Shown: one piece after another, positions 48,987 through 58,723 of the stretch
Layout: every line of letters starts with the position of its first letter
Position numbering within the stretch: the stretch's first letter is position 1
The notes under the pieces: generated by a model
Told to the model about the DNA's origin: nothing
The model's database searches: none
Seen by the model: only the letters and a program-made list of their open reading frames with translations
Assembly: GCA_963828735.1 (NCBI GenBank)
Contig: CAWHFW010000005.1
Location: 2,304,001 to 2,368,000 of the forward strand
Direction of reading: 5' to 3'
Source: an uncultured Gemmatimonadales bacterium
GTDB lineage: Bacteria > Gemmatimonadota > Gemmatimonadetes > Gemmatimonadales > GWC2-71-9
DNA length: 64,000 nucleotides
Program-made: the position numbers and the translations under genes

Positions 48987-49771
48987 GCGCCCTCCGCGCG
49001 TGCGGCGGCCTTCACGGTGAATGCCTCGAGCCGACGCCGGAACTCGGGCCCCTGCAGGGCCTGGAGCTGCGCCGCGCCCTCCGTCGCGAGGACCTGCTCG
49101 AGCGCGCCGACCTCCTGGGCCCGCACCAGCCGCTTGATCGCGCGCACGCTCGACGTCGCCCCCGCAGTCAGACGGGCGGCGATCGTCGTCACCTCCGCGT
49201 CGAGCTGTCCCGGGTCCGCCACTTCGTCAACCAGGCCGATGGCCAGCGCGCGGGCCGCATCGATCGTCTCGCCCGCCAGCAGGAGACGGAGCGCGGGGCC
49301 GATCCCGACCAACCTCGGCAGCGTGAAGGTGGAGCCGCCGTCGGGGATGAGCGCCATGCGTGCGAATGCCGAGGTGAAGCTGGCGTCGCGGGACGCGACT
49401 CGAAGGTCGCACGCGAGGGCCAGATCGAGTCCGAAGCCCGCGGCGGTGCCTTCGACCACGGCGAGGACGGGCACCGGGCAGCGTACGACGGCGAGGATAG
49501 CCGCCTGAAAATCGGCGAGGCCATGCTGCAGCTCGGCGATGGCGGGAATGTCGCCCAGCCCACGGAGCCAATGCAGGTCCAGTCCGGCCGAGAAATGTCC
49601 GCCCGCGCCGCGAAGCACCACGAGCTCCGCCTCGCCCGAAACCTCGACCTCGTCCAGCGCCTGGGCGAGGGCTCGGGCGAGCGTGGGGGTCAGCGCGTTG
49701 CGACGGCCGGGACGATTGATGGTGAGCCGATGGATGGGCCCATCGGTGCGGGACAGCAACTCGTCGGACAT
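48983..49771 (-). CDS. Enoyl-CoA hydratase/isomerase family protein
   Basis: INRPGRRNAL, FSAGLD, LALACDLR, LIPDGG motifs. Confidence 0.9.
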   Translation of the reverse strand: MSDELLSRTDGPIHRLTINRPGRRNALTPTLARALAQALDEVEVSGEAELVVLRGAGGHFSAGLDLHWLRGLGDIPAIAELQHGLADFQAAILAVVRCPVPVLAVVEGTAAGFGLDLALACDLRVASRDASFTSAFARMALIPDGGSTFTLPRLVGIGPALRLLLAGETIDAARALAIGLVDEVADPGQLDAEVTTIAARLTAGATSSVRAIKRLVRAQEVGALEQVLATEGAAQLQALQGPEFRRRLEAFTVKAAARAEGA

Positions 49772-49839
49772 CGGTCGACTCTCGGGATGACTGCGGAGCT
49801 ACGTGCTGCGAAGGCCAGGGCGTGTATAATATGGCGTCC

Positions 49840-50739
49840 TCAGCCGCCATCCCCCACCACCGCCATGCCCATCGCGTGGAACCCGTTGTCCACGTACACG
49901 ACGCTGCCGGTGATCGCAGCGGCGAGTGGGCTGCAGAGGAACGCGGCCGTGTGGCCCACGTCGACCGCGTCGATGGGTCGGGGCAACGGCGAGTTCGCGG
50001 CGGCGTACTTGATCATCGTGTCGATGAAGCCGATCGCCGACGCGGCGCGCGAGGCCCAGGGCCCGGCGGAGATGGCGTTGACCCGCACGCCCCACCGGCG
50101 GCCCGCCTCGTAGGCGAGCGTCCGGGTATCGGCCTCCAGTGCCGCCTTGGCCGAGGACATCCCGCCGCCGTATCCCGGAATCACGCGCTCCCCGGCCATG
50201 TAGGTCAACGACAGGAACGAGCCACCCGGCCGGAGCAGCGGCGACAGGTGCCGCACCAGGCTGATGTTGCTGTAGGCGCTGACACTCACCGCGGCGAGAT
50301 ACCCCTGCCGGCTGGTGTCCACCAACGGCGACTTCACTTCGGGCGCGTTGGCCAGGCTGTGGACGACGATGTCGAGCCCCTGATCGCCGAAGTCCTGGCG
50401 GATGCGCTCGGTCATCCCCTGGATGCTGAAGTCCCCCTGCTCCTTGTAGCGCTTGTTCTCGAGGACGTCGGACGGCGCGTCGGCCAGCGTGTCGAAGGCC
50501 GCGTCGAGTGGATAGATCCGCTCGAACGCGAACTTGGCGCCGCCGCCGAGCTGCATCGACTCGTCCATCTTGCCGCGCTCGAGCAGTTTGGTGAAGATGC
50601 CGAGCGCCGGCGGCCAGCTACCCACACAGATGCTTGCGCCGGCCTCGGCGAGCGCCTTGGCGATGGCGAAGCCGAAGCCGCCGTCGTCCGAGACGCCGGC
50701 CACGAGGGCGCGCTTGCCGGTGAGGTCGATCGTGAGCAT
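49840..50739 (-). CDS. fabI: Enoyl-ACP reductase FabI (long chlamydial/plastid-like form)
   Basis: AGVSDDGGFG, WPPALGIF, ENKRY insertion, HSLANAPEV, YGGGMSSAKAALE motifs. Confidence 0.88.
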   Translation of the reverse strand: MLTIDLTGKRALVAGVSDDGGFGFAIAKALAEAGASICVGSWPPALGIFTKLLERGKMDESMQLGGGAKFAFERIYPLDAAFDTLADAPSDVLENKRYKEQGDFSIQGMTERIRQDFGDQGLDIVVHSLANAPEVKSPLVDTSRQGYLAAVSVSAYSNISLVRHLSPLLRPGGSFLSLTYMAGERVIPGYGGGMSSAKAALEADTRTLAYEAGRRWGVRVNAISAGPWASRAASAIGFIDTMIKYAAANSPLPRPIDAVDVGHTAAFLCSPLAAAITGSVVYVDNGFHAMGMAVVGDGG

Positions 50740-50841
50740 GCGGTCGCCTGGTCGTGAGTCGTGGGTGGCGAACGAGCCGCGCGCCGCGAGGCGCGCGTCG
50801 TAAGTCATAGGTCATCCGCCGGAGGATGTAAAGGCTCGCGG

Positions 50842-53379
50842 CTACTCTCCGCGCAGCACCTCGAGCGGCGGGCGCCGAAGGACGTCGCGGCTGTTGGCCA
50901 GTCCCACGGCCACCGTGAGGGCGATGATGCCCGCGCCGAGGGCCGCGAGCGGCATCACCGGCAGGGCAAAGCGTCCGTCGAAGACGAACCGGGTCAGCGC
51001 CCAACCCGCCACGCCGGCGAGCACCAGTGCGACCAGCGCGGCGAGCGCGCCCAGCGAGAAGTATTCGGACAGCACGATGCTGAAGAGCTGCTTCCGGGTG
51101 GCGCCGAGCGTCCGGAGCAGGGCCCCTTCGCGGATACGCTGGAAGCGGCTGGTGGCGAGCGCGCCGACGAGCACCAGCGCGCCGGTCGCGAGCGTGAAGA
51201 GCGCCATGAAGCGGATGGCCAGGACCACGCGGTCGATGAGGCGCTCGAGCGTGACCTGTACGTTCGACAGGTCCAGGCTCGTGACGTTGGGCAGCCGCTC
51301 CGCGATGCGACGCTGCAGCGTCCCGCGCTCGGCAGGAGAGGCGACCCGCGTCAGCAGCAGTGCCGTCTGCGGGGCCGATTCGAGCGCACCCGGCGCGAAG
51401 ACGACGAAAAAGTTGGGCTCGAACCGCGCCCAGTCCACCTCCCGCAGGCTCGCGATCCGCGTGGTCAGCGGCACGCCCTGCACGTCCCACACGATCTCGT
51501 CCCCGACCCCCACTCCCAGCTCGCGCGCGACGTCGCGCTCCATGGAGATCTCGGTCGCGTGGGCGTCCGGGGTCCACCAGCGCCCCGCCACCAGCCGCTC
51601 TGACGGAACCAGGGAATCCCGGTAGGTCGAGCGGTATTCGCGGCGGACCGCCCAGTTGCCGGGACCGGGGCCGTCGTCGTCGCGGGCCGTGTCCGCGCGA
51701 GCGAGCGCGACCGGCCGACCCTTGAGGGACTGGATCCGCATCGGCACGATCGGCACCGGCCCGATCGCGTGATACCCACGGGCCCCGAGCTCGCGCTCGA
51801 CCGCGGCCACCTGATCGGTCTGAATGTCGAACAGGACGAGATTGGGGCGCTCGGGTCCGCCGGTGAGCCGGAGCGTGCGCATCAGGTTGTACTGCACCAG
51901 GAACAAGGTTCCGAGCAGGAAGGCGCCGAATCCGATGGCCAGGACGATGGTGGTCGTCTGGTTCGACGGACGGTGCAGGTTGGCCAGCCCCTGTCGCCAG
52001 ACATACGGCCACGCGCCCGGCAGCCAGCGCCGCGCCGCTCGGATGGCCGCCCACGAGACAACCCAGAGGACGACCAGCGCGCCGGCCACGCCCCCGGTGA
52101 AGATCGCACCCTGTCGCCAGCTGCCGACCTGATGCGCCGCGAGCGCCACCGTGCTGGCCGCGAGCACGGCCACGGCCGCGAGCCGCCACGGGTCCAGCCG
52201 GCGCCGCTCTGGCTCGACGTCACGTCGAAGCGCCGCGAGGGGCGGCACCCGCCGCACCGCCAGGAGGGGGATGAGCGCGAAGACCAGCGCCACCCAGAGC
52301 CCCGTGCCGACGCCGATGGCCACGGCGCCGGGGGACACCGCGGTGACGACGTCCACGGGCAAGAGCCCGGCCAGCAGCAGTGGCAGGAGGCGCTGGGCCG
52401 CCAAGCCGAGCGCCGCGCCGGCAGCGCCCCCGGCGAGACCCATCGTCGCCGCTTCGACGGTGTAGATCGCGAGCACCAGCATGGCACTCGCACCGAGGCA
52501 TCGGAGCACCGCGATCGTGTCGAGCCGCTGCCGGATGAATACCACGACCGCGCTCGCCACCCCGATACCGCCGAGCAACAGCGCGATGAGCCCGACGAGG
52601 CCGAGATAGCCGGCCAACCGTCCCAGCGCGTCGTTGAGATCACGCTGGTCCTCGGATACCGTGCGAACGGTGACCCTCTCGGGCCGCAACGCCGGCCGAT
52701 ACTCGCCGGCGAGCTGCTGCGGCGAGACGGAGGCGGGCAGCCGGACGAAGGCCTGGTATTCGGCGCGCGAGCCGAAGCCCAGCAGCCGGGTCGCGACGAG
52801 ATCGCGGGCGGCGATGTAGATGCGCGGGCCGAGCGCGGCCCGAATCCCGACGTCACCCGGGGCGTTGGTCACTACGCCGCTGATGACGAACCGCGTCTCA
52901 CCGAGGGCCAGCGTGTCGCCGGGGTGCGCGGCGAGGGCGGTCAGGAGCGATGGATCCACCACGACCCGCCCGCCTCCCTGGAGGTCGCGCCAGGCGGCGG
53001 CCGGCTGGGTGCGGAGCTCGCCATAGAAGGGATAGCCCGCCTCCACGGCGGCGACCTGCACGAGCCGCGTACCGCTCGTCCGGGGCACGTAGGCCATGCC
53101 GCCGAAGCTCGTGAGCCGGGCGATGGTGCCGCCACGCGCGCGCAGGGTGTCGAGCACCCGCTCGGCCGACGGCGGCAGTGGGCGACGACTCGAGAGCGCG
53201 AAGTCCGCGCCGAGGAGACCGCGCGCCTGCGTGCGCACGGACTCGCGGAGGTTGTCGGTGAACGATCCGATGGCCACGAGCGCGGCCACGCCGATCGCGA
53301 CCGAGCCCGTGAGGAGGAGCAACCGCCGCGGCGCCGCGCGCATCTCGCGCGCGGCCATGCGGAGCACGAACAGGATCAC
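50842..53379 (-). CDS. ABC transporter permease, YbbP/FtsX type
   Basis: Two FtsX halves; LLGAD, REVDW...PNFF motifs. Confidence 0.9.
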   Translation of the reverse strand: MILFVLRMAAREMRAAPRRLLLLTGSVAIGVAALVAIGSFTDNLRESVRTQARGLLGADFALSSRRPLPPSAERVLDTLRARGGTIARLTSFGGMAYVPRTSGTRLVQVAAVEAGYPFYGELRTQPAAAWRDLQGGGRVVVDPSLLTALAAHPGDTLALGETRFVISGVVTNAPGDVGIRAALGPRIYIAARDLVATRLLGFGSRAEYQAFVRLPASVSPQQLAGEYRPALRPERVTVRTVSEDQRDLNDALGRLAGYLGLVGLIALLLGGIGVASAVVVFIRQRLDTIAVLRCLGASAMLVLAIYTVEAATMGLAGGAAGAALGLAAQRLLPLLLAGLLPVDVVTAVSPGAVAIGVGTGLWVALVFALIPLLAVRRVPPLAALRRDVEPERRRLDPWRLAAVAVLAASTVALAAHQVGSWRQGAIFTGGVAGALVVLWVVSWAAIRAARRWLPGAWPYVWRQGLANLHRPSNQTTTIVLAIGFGAFLLGTLFLVQYNLMRTLRLTGGPERPNLVLFDIQTDQVAAVERELGARGYHAIGPVPIVPMRIQSLKGRPVALARADTARDDDGPGPGNWAVRREYRSTYRDSLVPSERLVAGRWWTPDAHATEISMERDVARELGVGVGDEIVWDVQGVPLTTRIASLREVDWARFEPNFFVVFAPGALESAPQTALLLTRVASPAERGTLQRRIAERLPNVTSLDLSNVQVTLERLIDRVVLAIRFMALFTLATGALVLVGALATSRFQRIREGALLRTLGATRKQLFSIVLSEYFSLGALAALVALVLAGVAGWALTRFVFDGRFALPVMPLAALGAGIIALTVAVGLANSRDVLRRPPLEVLRGE

Positions 53380-54044
53380 GCGGCGGTGTCGGCCACGATG
53401 GCCCCGTCGGCGAGTCGGATGGTGCGCCGGGCTCGGCCGGCGAGGTCGAGATCGTGGGTCACCAGCAGCAGCGTCGTGCCGAGGTCCCGGTTCAGCTCCG
53501 TCATGAGGTCGATGATGGTGGCGCCCGTGCGGGCGTCGAGATTGCCGGTCGGCTCGTCCGCCAGGAGGACCTTGGGCCGCGTGCTGAACGCGCGGGCGAG
53601 CGCCACCCGTTGCTGCTCGCCGCCCGAGAGCTGCGCGGGATAGTGATGCCCGCGGTCCCCGAGCCCCACCCGGGTGAGCAGCTCCGTCGCGCGATCGGCG
53701 GACTCTTCGCCCCTGAGCTCGAGCGGCACCTGCACGTTCTCACGCGCGGTCAGCGTCGGGATGAGCTGAAACGACTGGAAGACGAACCCGATCTTTTCGG
53801 CGCGGAGCCTCGCGCGCCGGTCCTCATCGAGGGCGCCCAACTCCTGGCCGTCGAGGTGCACGGTACCCGCCGATGGGCGGTCGAGCCCGGCGAGCAGTCC
53901 GAGCAGGGTCGTCTTCCCGCTCCCCGATGGTCCCACGATGGCGACGAACGCGCCCGGCTCCACCGTGAAGCTGATATCCTTCAGCACCGTGAGCCGGCGT
54001 CCGCCGGAGAGATAGGTCTTGGTGAGTGAGGCGCAGCGCAGCAT
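53376..54044 (-). CDS. ABC transporter ATP-binding protein, YbbA type
   Basis: GPSGSGKT, LSGGEQQR, ADEPTGNLD motifs; TATCAT-N7-ATG leaderless signature. Confidence 0.92.
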   Translation of the reverse strand: MLRCASLTKTYLSGGRRLTVLKDISFTVEPGAFVAIVGPSGSGKTTLLGLLAGLDRPSAGTVHLDGQELGALDEDRRARLRAEKIGFVFQSFQLIPTLTARENVQVPLELRGEESADRATELLTRVGLGDRGHHYPAQLSGGEQQRVALARAFSTRPKVLLADEPTGNLDARTGATIIDLMTELNRDLGTTLLLVTHDLDLAGRARRTIRLADGAIVADTAA

Positions 54045-54720
54045 GACGTCAATGATAGTCCGGTGGGGGTGGATCGGTCTGATCGCGGCGGCGATCCTCG
54101 GGTGCGATCGCGATTCATCGCCCCCGGCATCCCCGCCTCCCCCACCGGCCGATGGGAGCCGCGGTCGAGTGGTCTTCCTCGGGACGAGTCTCACCGCGGG
54201 GTTGGGCCTCGATCCGTCCGACGCCTATCCCACGCTGCTGCAGCGGAAGATCGATTCCGCGGGCCTCGCCTTCACGACGGTCAATGCCGGCGTGAGCGGC
54301 GAAACGTCCGCGGGCGCCCGGCATCGCATCGACTGGCTCATGAGCCAGCCGGTTTCGGTGCTGGTCATCGAGACGGGCGCGAACGACGGGCTCCGAGGGC
54401 TCGACGTCGACACGCTCCGGGCCAACATCCAGGCCATCATCGATCGCGCGCGCACGCAACAGCCCCCGCCGCGGATCATCCTGGTGGGCATGCGGGCCCT
54501 GCCCAACTACGGATTGCAGTACGTGCGGCGATTCAAGGCGGTCTATCCCGAACTGGCCAAGCAGAACCAGGTGCCGCTCGTGCCGTTCCTGCTGGAGGGC
54601 GTAGCTGGCGTGGACTCGCTCAACCAGGCGGACATGATGCATCCCACCGCGGCAGGCCAGCGGCGAGTGGCGGAGACGATCTGGCCGGTGCTCGAGGGGG
54701 TCCTGCGAGGTCAGCGATAA
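54043..54720 (+). CDS. SGNH arylesterase/acyl-CoA thioesterase I (TesA-like) lipoprotein
   Basis: FLGTSLTAG, NAGVSGET, GANDG, DMMHP motifs; divergent overlap with ybbA as in E. coli. Confidence 0.9.
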   Translation: MTSMIVRWGWIGLIAAAILGCDRDSSPPASPPPPPADGSRGRVVFLGTSLTAGLGLDPSDAYPTLLQRKIDSAGLAFTTVNAGVSGETSAGARHRIDWLMSQPVSVLVIETGANDGLRGLDVDTLRANIQAIIDRARTQQPPPRIILVGMRALPNYGLQYVRRFKAVYPELAKQNQVPLVPFLLEGVAGVDSLNQADMMHPTAAGQRRVAETIWPVLEGVLRGQR

Positions 54721-54734
54721 GAACCGACGTCCAC

Positions 54735-55937
54735 CTACTGCACCAACTCTCCCAGCACGTTCGCGACCGTTTCGATCTCCCCCGCTGTGTTGTAGTAATG
54801 CGGCGAGATCCTGAGCGCCGAGGCCGCGCCCTTGGCGTCCATGTCGATCACCGCGTCTTCTCGCGCGGGTGAGCTGGTGTTGATCCCGCGGGCCCGAAGC
54901 GCCAGCTTCACGCCCTCGCCGGCGTGTCCCGCCGGATCCACCGTCACAATCGCACACAGATCGGCGCCCCGATCGAGCAGCCGAACGCCGGGGATCCGGG
55001 CCAGGCATTCCCTGGCGTAGCCGGCGAGCGCGCCCGAGCGGGCGTGGGCGGCCTCGATGCCGACGGTGTCGAGCGCGTAGCGCACCGCGGCCCCCAGGCC
55101 GAGGACCAGCGCGTAGGCGATCTCCCAGGATTCGAATCGGCGCGCATCGGGCGTGAGCGTGAAGCGATCCGGGTCGGTCCAGGTCGCGCCGTGCATGTCC
55201 ACCAGCAGCGGATATGCGCCGGCCGCGAGCGCCCGGTCGGCGACGTAGAGAAAGCCGACGCCTCGCGGCCCCCGGAGGAACTTGCGAGCCGTAGCCGCGA
55301 AGTAGTCGCATCCGATGGCGGCCACATCCACTGGAAGCTGCCCGACGGCCTGGCAGGCATCCACGAGGTACGGCACGTCCGCTGCCCGGCACACGTCGCC
55401 TACGGCCGCGACGTCCTGGACCAGGCCGGAGTTGGTGGGCACCCAGGTGAGCGCGACCAGGGTCGGCCGGCGCCGGTGCACGAGCTCACGAACGGCCTCC
55501 GGGTCCACGCCCCCAGCCGGCAAGTCGGGTGCGCGGACGATCTCGACCCCGAGCCGCTGGGCGAGGGACAGGTACATGATCTGGTTCGAGGCGTAATCGG
55601 CGCGGCTGGTGAGGATCGAATCTCCGTGAGCGAAGTCGAACGCTCCGAGCGCCTGGGCGAAGGCGATCGTCGAATTCTGGGTGAGGGCGATATTTCGCCG
55701 GTGGGCACCGATCAGACGGCCCAGGTCATCGCCGACCTGCTGCAGGGCGTCCGCCCGGGCCTCGGCGGCCTCATAGGCGCCGAGCTCGTCCTCGAGATCG
55801 AGGTGGGCATCCACCGCCTCGCGCACGGCCGTGGGGACCAGGGCCGCACCGGCGTTGTTGAAGTGGATTCGGCGCTCGCAGCCTGGGGTGTCTGCTCGCC
55901 AACGGGTGAGCTGGGGATGGTCGGCAGGGGCGGTCAC
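54735..55937 (-). CDS. Class V PLP-dependent aminotransferase/cysteine desulfurase-like enzyme
   Basis: HFNNAGAA, VDACQAVG, ARKFLRGPRG, RISPHYYNT motifs. Confidence 0.9.
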   Translation of the reverse strand: MTAPADHPQLTRWRADTPGCERRIHFNNAGAALVPTAVREAVDAHLDLEDELGAYEAAEARADALQQVGDDLGRLIGAHRRNIALTQNSTIAFAQALGAFDFAHGDSILTSRADYASNQIMYLSLAQRLGVEIVRAPDLPAGGVDPEAVRELVHRRRPTLVALTWVPTNSGLVQDVAAVGDVCRAADVPYLVDACQAVGQLPVDVAAIGCDYFAATARKFLRGPRGVGFLYVADRALAAGAYPLLVDMHGATWTDPDRFTLTPDARRFESWEIAYALVLGLGAAVRYALDTVGIEAAHARSGALAGYARECLARIPGVRLLDRGADLCAIVTVDPAGHAGEGVKLALRARGINTSSPAREDAVIDMDAKGAASALRISPHYYNTAGEIETVANVLGELVQ

Positions 55938-56587
55938 GCAGTACCCCCGGGGCGGCCTTGGGTCCACGATTCGAGCTCCGCGACGCCTTTCTTCCACTGC
56001 TGCTCGAATACTGCCGCGCCACTGTCTTGACCACCATCCTTCAGCGCGAGAAGGATCTTGGCGTGAGGGAGGGTAGAGAGGGACAATCGGCCAGCCTCGC
56101 GCATATAGGCGGCCAGATAGCGGCGCGGGATCTGTCGGAGCGACGCGATCAGCTCGAGCAGCCGATGATTGGGGCACTGCTCGAGCAGGACGCCGTGCCA
56201 CTCGTCCTCGAGGTCCAGGCAGCGGGACACGTCGCCCCGGGTCTGCTCCAGCCGGCGATCGAGGGCGAGGAGCCGCGCCCGACGGGCTTCGTCGGGAGCG
56301 GGAGACAGCCGCAACGCGAGGGACTCGAGGACCCCGAGGATGGCGCCGACCTCGCGAAGCTCGACCGGACTGAGAGGACGGACGCGGAAGCCGCGCCCCA
56401 CGGTTGTATCGAGGACGCCTTCCCTGACGAGGCGGAGCAGAGCTTCGCGGACCGGGGTCCGGCTAACGCCGAGCTGCAGGGCGAGGGTCGCATCCCGTAC
56501 GCGAGAGCCAGCGGGGAGGTCGCCGCGCTGGACCTGAGTCACGATGGTGCGATAGACCTCGTCGCGGAGGGGGACACGAGAGATCAT
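55934..56587 (-). CDS. GntR family regulator (FCD domain)
   Basis: GAGGA RBS; LGVSRTPVREAL HTH. Confidence 0.92.
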   Translation of the reverse strand: MISRVPLRDEVYRTIVTQVQRGDLPAGSRVRDATLALQLGVSRTPVREALLRLVREGVLDTTVGRGFRVRPLSPVELREVGAILGVLESLALRLSPAPDEARRARLLALDRRLEQTRGDVSRCLDLEDEWHGVLLEQCPNHRLLELIASLRQIPRRYLAAYMREAGRLSLSTLPHAKILLALKDGGQDSGAAVFEQQWKKGVAELESWTQGRPGGTA

Positions 56588-56616
56588 CTGGTCCTCACGA
56601 AATGTATTGGGAATTA

Positions 56617-56631
56617 TGTATTCCGTATACA
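56617..56631. promoter_or_regulatory. Palindromic GntR-type operator TGTAT-N5-ATACA overlapping the promoter
   Basis: AT-rich patch; minus strand TTGCGA-N16-TATTGT overlaps the palindrome. Confidence 0.55.
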
Positions 56632-56694
56632 ATATACCCAGACGTAAAATTCGCAACCACATTACACACTCCAGCCGCTCAGATCTCATCAGGC

Positions 56695-57711
56695 CTATCG
56701 AGGGAAGCCGCCAGGCTCGCCGGCCACGGGCGCGAGCGACGTCGGGGATACAGGCACCGCTACGGTGACGCTGCCGAAGCCCGCATTCGGCCGGTCGGCA
56801 TAGCGCAGGTCGATCAGGTGGACCAGCGAGCCGCCGTTCGGGCCGGCCTCGACCTGCACCGCAGGGAACCGAGCCCATCCCAGGAATCGCCGGCCGGCGG
56901 GCGTCGCGCGTGCGGCGGCGAGCGCCCGATCGTCCGTATGAGGCCGCGGTACGCTTCGGCGTGACGATGGATCGAGGTGCGGGTGTCCCAGCCAGCGAAA
57001 GGTGGCGAGCCGATAGGCGTCGCCCTGCGCCGCCACGACCTGTCGCACCAGCGGAGTGACGGGTCGCGGTGCCACCATCAACCGCTCGACCGCGGTGCCG
57101 TCCGCCTCCAACTCCCGTCGCGTGATGTCCCGCGAGGCCACACCCAGGAGCAGCATGACGGCGACGTACGCCGTCGCCACGCAGAGCGCCACTCGTGCGG
57201 GCCGGCCACCCTGGTCCACGTAGCCGCGCGCGGTGCGGCGCGGGCGGCCCAACAGGACGCCCGCCCCCAGAACGAGCCACAGCCAGGGATCGACGATGAA
57301 GAGCGTGTCGCCGTAGAACCAGTCGCCACGGAACGGCATCAGCCAGCGCATGCCGTACGTATTGAGCGTGTCCAGGAAGGGATGCGTAAGGATTGCGATG
57401 GCGGCGAGTCGGAGAATCTGACGGGGGACGACGCTCGACGGGAGGGACGCGCGCCCGAAGCGCCGCACGCCGCGATCGAGCAGCAGCATGGCGCCGGTCA
57501 GGACGAAGGGCAGTACGACGAGTCCGAGTATCCCGTGCGTCCAGCCGCGCCGGAAGGCGAGATCCGCCTCCGGCCCGCCGGCGTACGCGAGGACGTCGAT
57601 GTCGGGCAGGTTGGCGCCGATGAGCAGCGTCGCGGTGCCGAGGCCCGTGCGCCTCCCGACACCGGCGCGCGCCAGGGCGGCGCCGACCAGGGTATGGCAG
57701 ACCGGATCTAT
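56695..57711 (-). CDS. YdjM-like membrane metal-dependent hydrolase with apparent ATA start
   Basis: Frame is open upstream of 57489: (I)DPVCHTLVGA...NLPDIDV...RRGWTHG; THPFLDTLNTYG. Confidence 0.85.
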   Translation of the reverse strand: MDPVCHTLVGAALARAGVGRRTGLGTATLLIGANLPDIDVLAYAGGPEADLAFRRGWTHGILGLVVLPFVLTGAMLLLDRGVRRFGRASLPSSVVPRQILRLAAIAILTHPFLDTLNTYGMRWLMPFRGDWFYGDTLFIVDPWLWLVLGAGVLLGRPRRTARGYVDQGGRPARVALCVATAYVAVMLLLGVASRDITRRELEADGTAVERLMVAPRPVTPLVRQVVAAQGDAYRLATFRWLGHPHLDPSSRRSVPRPHTDDRALAAARATPAGRRFLGWARFPAVQVEAGPNGGSLVHLIDLRYADRPNAGFGSVTVAVPVSPTSLAPVAGEPGGFPR

Positions 57712-58136
57712 GCCAGCCTCGCGTCCAGCTCCATCTGCAGGTTGCCCTTGAGGGCTTGTGAGACGGGACAGCCTTCGCTGGCCTTCTGCGCGGCCGCCTC
57801 GAACCCGGCCTGGTCGAGGCCGGGGACCTGCCCACGAACCTCGAGCCGCATCTTGGTGATCCGGAACCCGTCACCCACCTTCTCGACGGTACACGACGCC
57901 TTGGTGCTGATGCGGGTGGCCGGCGTCTTCGCGGCCTCGAGGCCGGCGGAGAGTGCCATGCTCAGACAGGCTGCGTGCGCGGCGGCGATCAGTTCTTCCG
58001 GATTGGTACCTTTCGCGCTCTCGAACCGGGTCGCGAACGTGTAGTCCCCGCTGAAGGCGCCGGAGCCGGCGCTGAACTTTCCGTGTCCGTTGCGAAGGCC
58101 GCCTTCCCAGACGGCGCTCGAAGTACTGGTGCGCAC
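57708..58136 (-). CDS. osmC: OsmC family peroxiredoxin
   Basis: AAGGAG RBS; AVWEG, TRFE, NPEELIAAAHAACLSMA, CPVS motifs. Confidence 0.93.
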   Translation of the reverse strand: MRTSTSSAVWEGGLRNGHGKFSAGSGAFSGDYTFATRFESAKGTNPEELIAAAHAACLSMALSAGLEAAKTPATRISTKASCTVEKVGDGFRITKMRLEVRGQVPGLDQAGFEAAAQKASEGCPVSQALKGNLQMELDARLA

Positions 58137-58167
58137 TGACGTCTCCTTCGTGGTGAGCCGTTTCGCG

Positions 58168-58659
58168 CTAAAGGGCGTAAGTAAAGCCGGTCGCGAGGCG
58201 GAACGGGCTGGTGTCGTTGACGAATGTCCAGCGAAACTCGAGGAACGGTTTGAGCCGCTGCTCCGGCGGGGCGGTGCTGATCCCGAAGAAGAGGTTGTAA
58301 CCAGTCTTGGTCTCGCCGCCGCCCGGATGATAGAAGGCGACGCCACCCCCCCCGTACAACCCACCCCCTTGGCCGAGGTGAATGGCCGCGTCGCCGTTGG
58401 CCTGCCACCCCATGTCGGCGTCCTTGGGGAAGAACAGGTCGCCGCTCGGACGGAGCTCGAGCCGCTTGCCCATCGGGATGCCGATCTGGCCGCCAATGCT
58501 CCAGGCGTGATTCTCGAAGTCCCGGCCGACGCGCGGGCCGACGGTGATCGGGCCATGGAGCAGCGAGCCGCCGCCACGTCGGTTCTGCGCAGTCGCGCGG
58601 GCGGGGACGAGCATGACAACGATCGCGCCCACGAGCGCGAGGCTACGCCAAACGTGCAT
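58168..58659 (-). CDS. Small outer-membrane beta-barrel protein
   Basis: Signal peptide; alternating aromatic/Gly strands; C-terminal GFTYAL. Confidence 0.7.
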   Translation of the reverse strand: MHVWRSLALVGAIVVMLVPARATAQNRRGGGSLLHGPITVGPRVGRDFENHAWSIGGQIGIPMGKRLELRPSGDLFFPKDADMGWQANGDAAIHLGQGGGLYGGGGVAFYHPGGGETKTGYNLFFGISTAPPEQRLKPFLEFRWTFVNDTSPFRLATGFTYAL

Positions 58660-58723
58660 CCGGTCTCCGGGATGGTGATGGAGCTGAAGAGTACTCGGGC
58701 GTGTGCGGCTCGGCTACGACCGA

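Noticed and set aside
54019..54060. Overlapping divergent starts of the tesA-like and ybbA-like genes as a novelty
   Set aside because: The same arrangement is known in E. coli.
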